Source: Octopus vulgaris
Taxonomy: Eukaryota
Direction of reading: 5' to 3'
Length of the DNA stretch: 64,000 nt
Assembly: GCA_951406725.2 (NCBI GenBank)
Contig: OX597816.1
Span: forward strand, 131,068,001 to 131,132,000
Made by a program: the position numbers and the translations under genes. The first letter of the stretch is position 1. Every line of letters starts with the position of its first letter. The notes beneath the pieces were generated by a model. The model was given only the letters and a program-made list of their open reading frames with translations, was not told the DNA's origin and ran no database searches. Positions 53,570 through 64,000 of the stretch are shown in pieces.

Positions 53570-53850
53570 CACATATGGCATTCGTATCGCGTAGAATTAA
53601 TGTACAAGTGGCTGAGCACTCCACAGACACTTGTACCCTTTACGTAGATCTCAGCGAGATTCAGCGTGACACAGAATGTGACACGGCTGGACTTTGAAAT
53701 ACAGGTGCTGCTCATTTTTGCCAGTTGATTGGACTGGAGCAACGTGAAGTAAAGTGTCTTGCTCAAGGACACAACACGTCGCCTGAAATTGAACTCAAGA
53801 CCTTACAATCGTGAGCTGAATAACCTAACCACTAAGCCACCCGCCTTCAC
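53570..53850 (-). mobile_element. SINE family C
   Basis: Reverse complement of the 24845 family head, body and tail. Confidence 0.85.
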
Positions 53851-54499
53851 TATGACTTGACAACATACTGGAAATTCGCGTATTCAAAATCTAAACTAGC
53901 AGTACAAAGCAAATATATTTGTGTTTATGTGTGTGTGTATGTGTATGTGTGTGTGTGTGTGTACACTATTCAAATATATATATACATACATACATACATA
54001 TATATATATATGCACATACATACATACATATGTGTGTGTGTGTGTGTGTGTTTGTGTTTGTGTGTGTGTGTATGTGTATGTGTGTGTGTGTGTGTACACT
54101 ATTCAAATATATATATACATACATACATACATATATATATATATATGCACATACATACATACATATGTGTGTGTGTGTGTGTGTGTGTTTGTGTTTGTGT
54201 GTGTGTGTATGTATGTATGTATGTATGTATGTATGTATGTATGTATGTATGTATGTATGTATGTATGTATGTATGTGACTGGTACCTATATTATTATCAT
54301 CCTAAAAGAATGGAAAATAAAAAAAATAAAAAATGGAAAACAAAGGAAGGCAGTTAAGTTAACGCTTTGAAGAGTGGTTCTTTGTCAAGATAGAAGGAAG
54401 AAGGTTGAGAAACAAAGAAACGAAGGATAAACATGCTTTGTTAGTTCAAAGATGTATTAACAAGTTTGAGTCACCGACAAAGAATTAATAGAATTCTTT

Positions 54500-54738
54500 A
54501 ATTCTTTTGCTTGTTTCAAGCGTTTGACTGCGGTCATGTTGGAGCACCACCTTAAAAGGTTTTAGTTTAAGAAATCGACCCCGGAACTTGTTCTTTGTAA
54601 GCCTAGTACTTATTCTATCGGTCTCTTTTGCCGAACCGCTAGCTTAGGGGGACGTAAACACACTAGCATCGGTTGTCGAGCGATGGGTAGGGAACAAAGA
54701 CACACTCACATAAATACACACACACATACAGACAGACA

Positions 54739-54781
<43 letters not shown>

Positions 54782-54800
54782 TTATATACTACGGGCTTTT
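54500..54800 (-). mobile_element. SINE family B, 3' half
   Basis: Reverse complement of the 42500-42700 tail (GCCGAACCGCTA..GGGGACGTAAACAC). Confidence 0.82.
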
Positions 54801-55069
54801 AAAGCAATCAGCCAACGGGAGACCACTTGCCTCCTATGTAAAATAAGCCACGCGATTGGTATTTTATACATTAGAGGACATCTTAAAAGATGCCAATAAA
54901 GCGTTTTCGTATTACGGAACGATAACCCAGGACCGTGTAATGTGGGGATATCATCGAAGAAGAGATTGGTGATGTATTTTTTATTTCTCCTTCCTTCAGT
55001 CTTGTCGAAATTAAACTGTCCAAAAAGTCTGTTTACCTTACATCCTTTCATTTACAGCGTTAAATATAT

Positions 55070-55295
55070 TGGTTTCAAATTCTGGCACGAGGCCAGCAAT
55101 TTCAGGGAAGGAAATAAGTCGATTACATCTACCCCAATACTCAGCTGGTACATATTTTATCGATCTTCCCCGCCACACACACCCTCGGAAGGACGATAGG
55201 CAAAATCAACCTGGTCGGAATTTGAACTCAGAACATAAAGACGGACGAAATGCTGCTAAGCCCGAGATGCTAACGATTTTGCCAACTCGCCGCCG
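55070..55295 (-). mobile_element. SINE family A (degenerate)
   Basis: GGTTTCAAATT..GGAATTTGAACTCAGAAC..GCTAACGATTTTGCCAACTCGCC. Confidence 0.8.
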
Positions 55296-55649
55296 TGACA
55301 GCGTTAAATGTATTATTAGTTTGTTCTTTTTGTTGTTTTTATCTTTATTTACTTGGAGACTTAATCCGAATTATCCTTGGATATTTTTATTTAATTTTAT
55401 TTTGTCAACCTCTTAATGGCGTTCGTTGACTTATTCTTTTAATTTTGTATTTTTTTTTTTTCGTTTTGTTGCTGTTGCTTTTTGCTTGTATCTTACTTGG
55501 ATATCAATTAATTACCAGGATGAAATAAAGTACCAGACCAAAATTGGCTGGATTTAATCCCTCCCACCACCACAAAAACAGTTACCTTTTTTTTTGCAAA
55601 AGTTACTATTATCGACTTAACAACATTGGCACAGTAGCGGTAGTTGTAG

Positions 55650-56010
55650 AGTGAGGAGGAGGAGGAGGAGGAGGAGAAGAAGAAGGAGAAGAAGAAGAAG
55701 AAGAAACGAGGATAAGGAAGAAGAGAAAATGTAGTGGAGGAGGAAGAGAAGTAGAAAGGAGGGGAAGAGAAGGCGGAGAGGTAGAGGCAGAGGAGGAGAA
55801 GAAGAGGCGGGGGAGGTGGGGAAGACGAGGAAGAAGAAGAAGAAACGAGGATGAGGAAGAGAAAACGAAGTGGAGGAGGAGGGGGAAGTGGAGGAAAGTG
55901 GAGGAGGAGGAGTAGGTGGGGGGTATGGGGGGGAGACAAAGAAGAAGAAGAAGAAGAAGAAGAAGAAGAAGAAGAAGAAGAAGAAGAAGAAGAAGAAGAA
56001 GAAGAAGAAA
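55650..56010. repeat. Purine-rich low-complexity tract, (GAG)n/(GAA)n
   Basis: Direct. Confidence 0.9.
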
Positions 56011-56393
56011 CTGAAGCCCTCATAATTAAGCTAACTGAAAATAAAAATAAAAAAGGCTAGGGAAAGTGTTTGTAAATTGGGAAGGAGTTGAAGGTTATAT
56101 TAGGGTCGGAACGATTTTTAAAAATTAGTGAATGGTGGCGAAGTGAGTATATAATAATAGGGTCGACTTGAAGTAGCACCTAACGATATTGCTGAACTAC
56201 CGTCACGCCATAGAAATTGTTAACAAAGCATGTATATATAGCCAATTAGGGGTTTATTATATAAACAACAAAACAATACAGAAAAGTAAAAATAAAAAAA
56301 TAAAAACTCCTGGAAATGGGACCATGTACCAAAACTCGGTATTATTTTATTTCAATGCGTTCATCAGTCCCATTGTGTGTTTGTGTGCGTGCG

Positions 56394-56471
<78 letters not shown>

Positions 56472-56632
56472 AATTAACGCTTACAACCAAGCATACGCAC
56501 ATGTATTAGCGTAAAATAAAGTATTCGTTTCCTTTTTTGTGTTCTAATTCAATGTACTGTGATAGAGTATCATAATTTATGAGCTGGTAAATTGATATGT
56601 ACCGTGTGTTGGTAAATTGATTATTATCATCA

Positions 56633-56726
<94 letters not shown>

Positions 56727-56727
56727 A

Positions 56728-56798
<71 letters not shown>

Positions 56799-56929
56799 TA
56801 TCATCATCATTATTATTAATTATTACTATTTATTTATTTATATATTTTTAGTCTGCATGTTTCTTATAATCACCTACCGAGACACACCCAGCGTCCTACG
56901 GCGAGTGAAATCATTATTATTATTATTAC

Positions 56930-56989
<60 letters not shown>

Positions 56990-56991
<2 letters not shown>

Positions 56992-57405
56992 AGAGAGCTT
57001 CGCATGCCATCAAAGTAACACTGGAGTACTAATATACGAAGCCCAGTATACCCATCATGACCACCCATTTGATAAGGGTACACCACGCATATGTCTCACA
57101 ACCATATGTGTGCAATCTGGTGATCTCATATGAAGATAAGCAGCGCATGACCTGCAGGTGGAGCCCTGTCAGAATTTTCTTCAGATCGAGTAGTCCACCC
57201 CACTCAAAAGGTCCCTGAATAAGAGTCGTTTAAAGATGTTGAAAATAACACCCATGTTTCTAAAAGTGAATTATTGAAGCCCCAAAGAATACCTCTCAAC
57301 ACATAGCTATGATACACCCCCGCTACTTCTGCTCGTGGTCAGAGATACACGTATCAGCCACTAAGGGACATGCTCAATTGGTTATGGTCAAACAACTGAC
57401 AAGCA
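56990..57405 (-). mobile_element. Short non-coding element embedded in TAA/TAG triplet tracts (possible Dong-associated non-autonomous element)
   Basis: ~415 bp of unique, GC-richer sequence bounded on both sides by trinucleotide repeats, adjacent to the Dong RT fragment. Orientation is inferred. Confidence 0.45.
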
Positions 57406-57408
57406 TTG

Positions 57409-57469
<61 letters not shown>

Positions 57470-57525
57470 TATTATTATCATCATCATCATCATCATTATT
57501 ATTGTTATTATTATTATTTTTATTA

Positions 57526-57581
<56 letters not shown>

Positions 57582-57585
<4 letters not shown>

Positions 57586-58690
57586 AGTACTTATAGCCCG
57601 TCTCTTCTATCTGCTTCATAACCTCCCCCGATGGTATCGTTAGCCCGTCCATACATTTGATTTTGCCTCTCTTCAAGACTAACACACCACACTTTCTCAG
57701 TCCGAACTCCATTCTGATATCATCACTGAAGGTATACACCGTATCAACGAGAGAAATGACTCGGGTTTCATCTTTACTATAAAGTTTGAGGTCATCCATG
57801 AATAACAAATGGTTGACTTTTGGTTGGCGGCTTTTGAATACATACCCAGCTTTTGCTTTCCTCAGAATCAGTGATAGCGGTATCAAGCACAGTACAAAGA
57901 TCAGTGAGGACAGGCAGTCCCCTTGGAAGATGCCCCTCTTTTTTCTACTGTCCCTAAACTTCTTCCGTATGCTGTCAGGTCCATCCCCCAATTCACCATA
58001 CTTTTTCCAATCAATCACTCAACAGTCGATCCAATACCAAATAGGTTCATACATTCCATAATCCAAGAATGTGTGATCATATCGTACGCCTTACGATAGT
58101 CGATCCATGCCATGGCTAAGTTACTTTTCCTCCTCTTACAGTCTCTAAGTATAGTTTTGTCTATCAGGAGTTGATCCTTGGTACCTCTGCACTTACGCTT
58201 GCAACCCTTCTGCTCATGTGACAGAACTCCATTTTTCCCCAGATGTTCGTACATTGACTCTGCGAGTATTCCATTCAATAACTTCCACATAAGTGGAAAA
58301 CAGGATATCGGCCTGTAATTGTCTACCGTATTGCCTTTTTCGGTGTTTTTCAGGCACAGCACTGTCCTACCCAATGTCAACCACTCTGGTGTTACTTGGT
58401 CAGCATTTAACAAGGTGTTGAGTTGCGCAGCTATTCGTGCATGACATACACCAAATCTTTTGATCAAGTAGCCTTGAACTCCATCTGGTCCCGGGGCCTT
58501 CCAGTTGCTCATTTTTCTTTTTGTTGATTTCCTTCACTTCCCTATCTGAAATGACCAGTTCTGCCTGTTTTGGACAGACCACTGTTTGTTTCAGTTCTTG
58601 CAACCATTCAATATCCTTCTTGTGCGCCTTGTCTTTGCTCCAGATGTCACTCTAAAACCTTTGACTTTCAATGTTATCTGGTATCAACAT
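57582..58690 (-). mobile_element. R4/Dong-clade reverse transcriptase fragment (pseudogene)
   Basis: Motifs [70 protein letters not shown] and YKYL, running straight into (AAT)n. Confidence 0.92.
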
Positions 58691-59162
58691 TTAATCTGTA
58701 AACTACCACTGCTCCTTTCCTGTGCTATGAGATTACTCTTATTAGTAAGAACTGTACTTTTATTGTTATCTCTGAACCCGGAACCATGTGGTTGAAAAAC
58801 CAAGCTTCTTACCACACAGCCACGCCTAAATATAATTTGAAAATAATTTGTCAAAAAAGTAAATGGGGTAAGCATTGCTAATATTCCGTTTGCACAATAA
58901 ATATCTGACACGGCAACTTTGTATCATTCAGTTCGTGTCTAATGGTTTTTATGACATATGATAGTTTTCAGGCATCAAAACTAAAGTTCCATCTCAATAA
59001 AGGTTTCTATAGCTTGTTGATGACAGTAATCTTATGCTCAGTCATCAACATTTCCTAGAAGAATTCTTCTAGTTGTATAAAAGGTTAAATTAGAAACAGC
59101 CAAACTTTGAATACAAAAGGAAGTTGTTTCCTTCTCTTCTTATTTCGTTGTTTCAATGTTTG

Positions 59163-59255
<93 letters not shown>

Positions 59256-59428
59256 CATTTGTTTCTTTCGTGCTTTTACTTTGCAAATGAGGCAAATCCA
59301 TCTCAGTTTCATCATAACATTTAGTTGCTAGCAGTGACAACTTTATCAATTGAAAAGGAGCAATGTGGCCGATTTCATTTTTAAACCATGTGCGGCAGAG
59401 AGAGTAGAAGAGTTGTGTGTGTATCTGT

Positions 59429-59465
<37 letters not shown>

Positions 59466-59693
59466 ATATTGTGTCTGTGTATGTATAAGATTACAACGAC
59501 TTAATCTTAGAAATGAGTGAAATTATAAAACTACTATTAGCGTATATACATGGTATCACTTTTTATCAAAATAACTTTATAACGAAAACGGATTTATCGA
59601 ATGACTTATTCTCGAACGATTTATATTACGAACTGGTTTGCTACAGAAACGATTTTCAATACAATATTTTTATAAATATATTTTATCATAAAC

Positions 59694-59722
59694 GAGCAGA
59701 GATACCCGGCGTTGCCCGGGAA
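59694..59722 (-). mobile_element. Helitron-like 3' terminus
   Basis: Minus strand CCCGGGCAACGCCGGG-TATCTCTG-CTCG-T has nearly the same hairpin as 4278-4305, with CTAG mutated. Confidence 0.55.
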
Positions 59723-59853
59723 TGAAATTTTTCCTTAAATATTGGAGGGAAAATGCAAAATATGTCGTAAAGAGACTTGTTATTGTAAATTCATTTCCGT
59801 TGGGATACAATTTATCCTTTAATTGGGAAATCAATTCTGAATTTATAATACAA

Positions 59854-59928
<75 letters not shown>

Positions 59929-60159
59929 CGAAAATATAAAATTTACCACTTTTATGAAAGGAGATAAATTCTACCACATATGTTGAAGGAAATTACGTAA
60001 GAGCTTCTCGGTAAACAAAATTCTTTCGTTTTTTGGTTTGGAGCATAGACAAATAAGTCTTGCAAATTACATGTGTGAATAAACAAACGTACGCACGCGT
60101 GCATGCGTACATACGCACATGCATACATACATACATACATACATACATACATACATACA

Positions 60160-60191
<32 letters not shown>

Positions 60192-60199
60192 CACACAGA

Positions 60200-60288
<89 letters not shown>

Positions 60289-60541
60289 TTTAAAACAACA
60301 AGTATCGCCCTTTGCCCTCTCAGTTACCTCCGAAGTCATTCTTCGTTTAAACATATGCATAAACTATACAACTTGTAGATGTCTTCTTTTTTCAACCTAC
60401 TTAACATCAAATCTTTCTGAGTCAAACATTTCATTTAATTAAAATTAGTTGAGGTACAACATCGATTACCCGGAACATTTTGTTCCAAGGCCTTCCTGGA
60501 ATACTGATTTTCCGAACCAGGAAGCGGTCACCTTGAACAAC

Positions 60542-60749
60542 AGAATTTGAATTAAATATCAAATTTACTTGAATAATTAAATGAAATACAGGAACGTTAG
60601 TATAAATGATATAGGCTTATTAATTCTGCAATGTGCAAAGTACTAGAATTTGAATTAAATATCAAATTTACTTGAATAATTAAATGAAATACAGGAACGT
60701 TAGTATAAATGATATAGGCTTATTAATTCTGCAATGTGCAAAGTACTAG
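60542..60749. repeat. Perfect tandem duplication, 103-bp unit
   Basis: 60542-60644 is repeated at 60645-60747 (+AG). Confidence 0.95.
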
Positions 60750-60987
60750 TTTGTACAGGTACCTGTAAACTTGTCTGCCGCCTGGAACATTTTTCAGTTT
60801 CTGCTCGTATAGTAGTACGGATTATACGTAGTTCCGGATCATTAGTGTCCGGAAAGACAGTATTGTATCTCTACCACAAATACATTATAATCGAGTCAAA
60901 ATTATCCTCGAGATACAATTGACATTCTATTTAGTTTAAATCATCACTGCTCAAATTTGATTATCAACTTAATACGATATAATGTTT

Positions 60988-61212
60988 GGCGAGCTGGCAG
61001 AATCGTTAGCACGCCGGGCGAAATGCGTAGCCGTATTTCGTCTGCCGTTACGTTCTGAGTTCAAATTCCGCCGAGGTCGACTTTGCCTTTCATCCTTTCG
61101 GGTCGATAAATTAAGTACCAGTTACGCACTGGGGTCGATATAATCGACTTAATCCATTTGTCTGTCCTTGTTTGTCCTCTCTGTGTAGCCCCTTGTGGGT
61201 AATAAAGAAACA
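60988..61212 (+). mobile_element. Young SINE family A with 13-bp TSD
   Basis: TSD GATATAATGTTTG at 60976-60988 and 61213-61225. Nearly identical to the 62875 copy. Confidence 0.95.
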
Positions 61213-61954
61213 GATATAATGTTTGCCGGACTATATATTGTCATCTGGTGAATGTTGTGGTGCTAAGATCTCAACGAGCTAAATCCTCCAATCTTTTTAA
61301 AGCAATTTTGATTTAATTATGTCGCTAATGTACATTCGAGACGGTTGCATGATGGCGGGATTGATCTCAAGAGTTTAAATCTGCTGTCGATGTTTTACCG
61401 TGCTTTGAAGCAGGATTTTGTATAACGCTTTTAGTCCATCTATTTATCAAACTTTCTGGGGAAACCTGATATAAGCTGATCACCCATTTGTACATACCCA
61501 TAGTCAAGTAAGAAGGCACAATTGTTTCTGCTTTTCACACAAATGTATGAGTCAAATAATAATATGCATAAGAAAAGCATAAATGTCACAGGATTTAGTT
61601 TCCTTCTTCACTTGAATTTGTTGAATTTTTAGAGATTAAAATATCATACAGAAGTTCAGATTGAATGCCATTTCCGTATAACAAGTTGAGATTTTAACTG
61701 AAATAAGATACGAAAATAAAACTAAAATTTCTGTTATCAAGATGAGTGTATTAGAGTAACAAAAAAAGTAGATTCAACTGACCACAATGTCATTGAAAGA
61801 ATTTAACTTCATTGGTAGGGAAAATACACTTCAACAACAACAGATCGATACTACTTATTCCCTACGAATTAAGTAGAAAATACAGACTTGATGACTAGCT
61901 TATATATATATACATACATACATACATACATACATACATACATACATACATACA

Positions 61955-61985
<31 letters not shown>

Positions 61986-62874
61986 GGTTAACTGTATGCG
62001 TAATGTATATATATATATATATATAATACTGGAAAAGTCATTTTAGTCACTAAAGAACATTAAAAAACTGTTATACTCACTTTTTGTTTATTTCCTAATG
62101 GCACCGTTTATTATCTCAAAAAATTCCTAATAAAACGATTGGTCCCGGCTGTTTGGAAGCTAGCGATTTGGTACGGTTGACTGGACATTGAACTTGTTTT
62201 GGGCAAAGGTACAGTTTGGCATTGGAGACAAATACACACACACGCACACAGACGCTCGCGCGCGCACATACTCGTACACGCAGAAATATGCATATATACA
62301 TAGTGAAACGTGGGAGAGTGTGGTAGAGAGGGACGAAGAGAGAGAGAAAGAGGGGAGAGAGGGACTTCACAATTTACTGATTGAACACGATTGACATAAA
62401 CTCTTTCCCTCTCCTCATACACATAAAGAGACATATTCTCACAAGTATAAACAAAGAATAGTGAAGGGAGCAGAAGAGAAACGGGAGAACAAGAGAAGCG
62501 TTAAAACGTCAAAAGTCAAATAAGCCAACATCGAATCAGCAACGTCAAATAGGTGGCGCCATAACAGCTCTGCCAAAACGTTTCATACTCCGAAATGTTT
62601 CATCACACTTCTACAACTTAGCTGGTCACTGACACAACTCTACTGTATCTTGCGATATTTTGTAAGCCTCGAGGGATTTCTTTCTTTCAAATATCAAACG
62701 TTCAAACAACAACAATACAGTCGACCCACGGGTCCAAGAGAACAACTGTTAAGATGGTCAACATTAAGTTGAATATCTTTGCAGAAAAGTTAAACAGATT
62801 CTGTCAGTGGACCTAATACACATCTTTTTGATCTCTTGGGCTTATAATGTTTTAACTTTAAGATTACTCTTCAA

Positions 62875-63222
62875 GGCGGCGAGCTGGCAGAAACGTTAGC
62901 ACCCCGGGCGAAATGCGTAGCCGTATTTCGTCTGCCGTTACGTTCTGAGTTCAAATTCCGCCGAGGTCGACTTTGCCTTTCATCCTTTCGGGGTCGATAA
63001 ATTAAGTACCAGTTACGCACTGGTAATCGACTTAATCCGTTTGTCTGTCCTTGTCTGTCCTCTCTGTGTTTAGGTATTTCATCTGTCTTTACGTTCTGAG
63101 TTCAAATTCCTCCGAGGTCGACTTTGCCTTTCATCCTTTCGAAGTTGAGTACTGAAGTCGATGTAATCGACTTACGTCGTCCCCTGAAGTTGCTGGCCTC
63201 ATGCCAAAATTTGAAACCAATA
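62875..63222 (+). mobile_element. SINE family A followed by a second partial copy
   Basis: GGCGGCGAGCTGGCAGAAACGTTAGC..., with the body repeated from ~63074. Confidence 0.9.
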
Positions 63223-63592
63223 TACTTCACCTTTCTCGGCAACGCAGTATCGATATTCCTGAAATTTTGGATTTCTTTAAGTTCACTGCTGCTGAAAATG
63301 AATTGGTCACAGCTATAGGTTTCTTACATTTCTTGTGTAATAACTATTGATTTATTACATTATATGCAAAAAGAACAAAATAAACATTAATCACAGGAAG
63401 TGATTTGAACTTTATAAATAGCTATTGAAATTGTGACTAATTCAATGTGAACAGAGCCTTTTCATGATGAAGATATTTTTCAGCTTCTATTCTAGATCGT
63501 TTATAAAAAAATAAAAGCACTAATCTTAATCCTAATCTTAAACCTAATCTTCAGCTGTAACTTTAAGAGCTTATTATACGTTCACAGTAGCA

Positions 63593-63820
63593 AGGTGGGG
63601 GAGCCAACAGAATCGTCAGCACGCCAGAGAAACTGCTTAGCGGCATTTCGTCCGTCTTTACGCTCTGAGTTCAAATTCTGCTGAGGTCGCCAAAGTCGAC
63701 TATGCCTTTCATTCCTTTCGGGGCCGATAGAAGAAGTGACAGTTGAGCACTGCGGTCGATGTAATCGACTTACCCGCTCCCCACAAAAGTTCAGGCCTTG
63801 TGCTTATAGTAGAAAGGATT
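63593..63820 (+). mobile_element. SINE family A (diverged)
   Basis: CAGAATCGTCAGCACGCC..GAGTTCAAATTC..GTCGAC.ATGCCTTTCA..GGCCTTGTGC. Confidence 0.82.
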
Positions 63821-64000
63821 ATACGTTCTCGATCGTTTAAAGTGATATTGTCATTTACTTTGGATTCTAAAAATCACAAATTGTCTTCTATGCTTGACAG
63901 TTGCGAAAAACAAGTTTCGTTGCTTCATTGGCAAATAATTTATATACACGCGCGCACACTCACACACACACAGACATTCTTATATATTTGTGTGTGTGCG

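Noticed and set aside
53929-54200. ~135-bp duplicated compound microsatellite
   Set aside because: Ordinary slippage or unequal exchange, or an assembly artefact

Overview
AT-rich, microsatellite-dense animal genomic DNA. The SINE families and the density of (CA)n/(TA)n/(TATG)n/(GATA)n/(TAA)n tracts best fit a coleoid cephalopod such as Octopus; this is an inference. No intact host gene is recognisable, and almost all ORFs in the track are microsatellite artefacts. The window is mostly transposon sequence. DNA elements: a Merlin-type MITE with an 8-bp TSD, a non-autonomous Helitron, three mariner derivatives, a hAT MITE and a truncated Chapaev3 (CMC) transposase. Retroelements: RTE, R4/Dong, Tx1/L1-like and CR1-like LINE fragments, Penelope-like (PLE) remnants, and about 20 tRNA-derived SINE copies. 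Possible host signals are a CpG-rich promoter-like island (~32.9-33.3 kb) and a candidate first coding exon (7699-7502, minus). Most interesting observations: (i) candidate self-cleaving ribozyme motifs, namely minimal hammerheads (one in each arm of a ~560-bp palindrome, plus others) and an HDV-like fold at the 5' end of an RTE-type short element; (ii) retroelement classes partition by microsatellite type (Tx1-like/GATA, Dong/TAA, RTE/ATGT, PLE/TA); (iii) a SINE whose 3' tail matches the Tx1-like LINE 3' end; (iv) a PLE-derived element that carries a ~1-kb CA-rich cryptic microsatellite as cargo. All family calls come from motif recognition by eye, not database searches.
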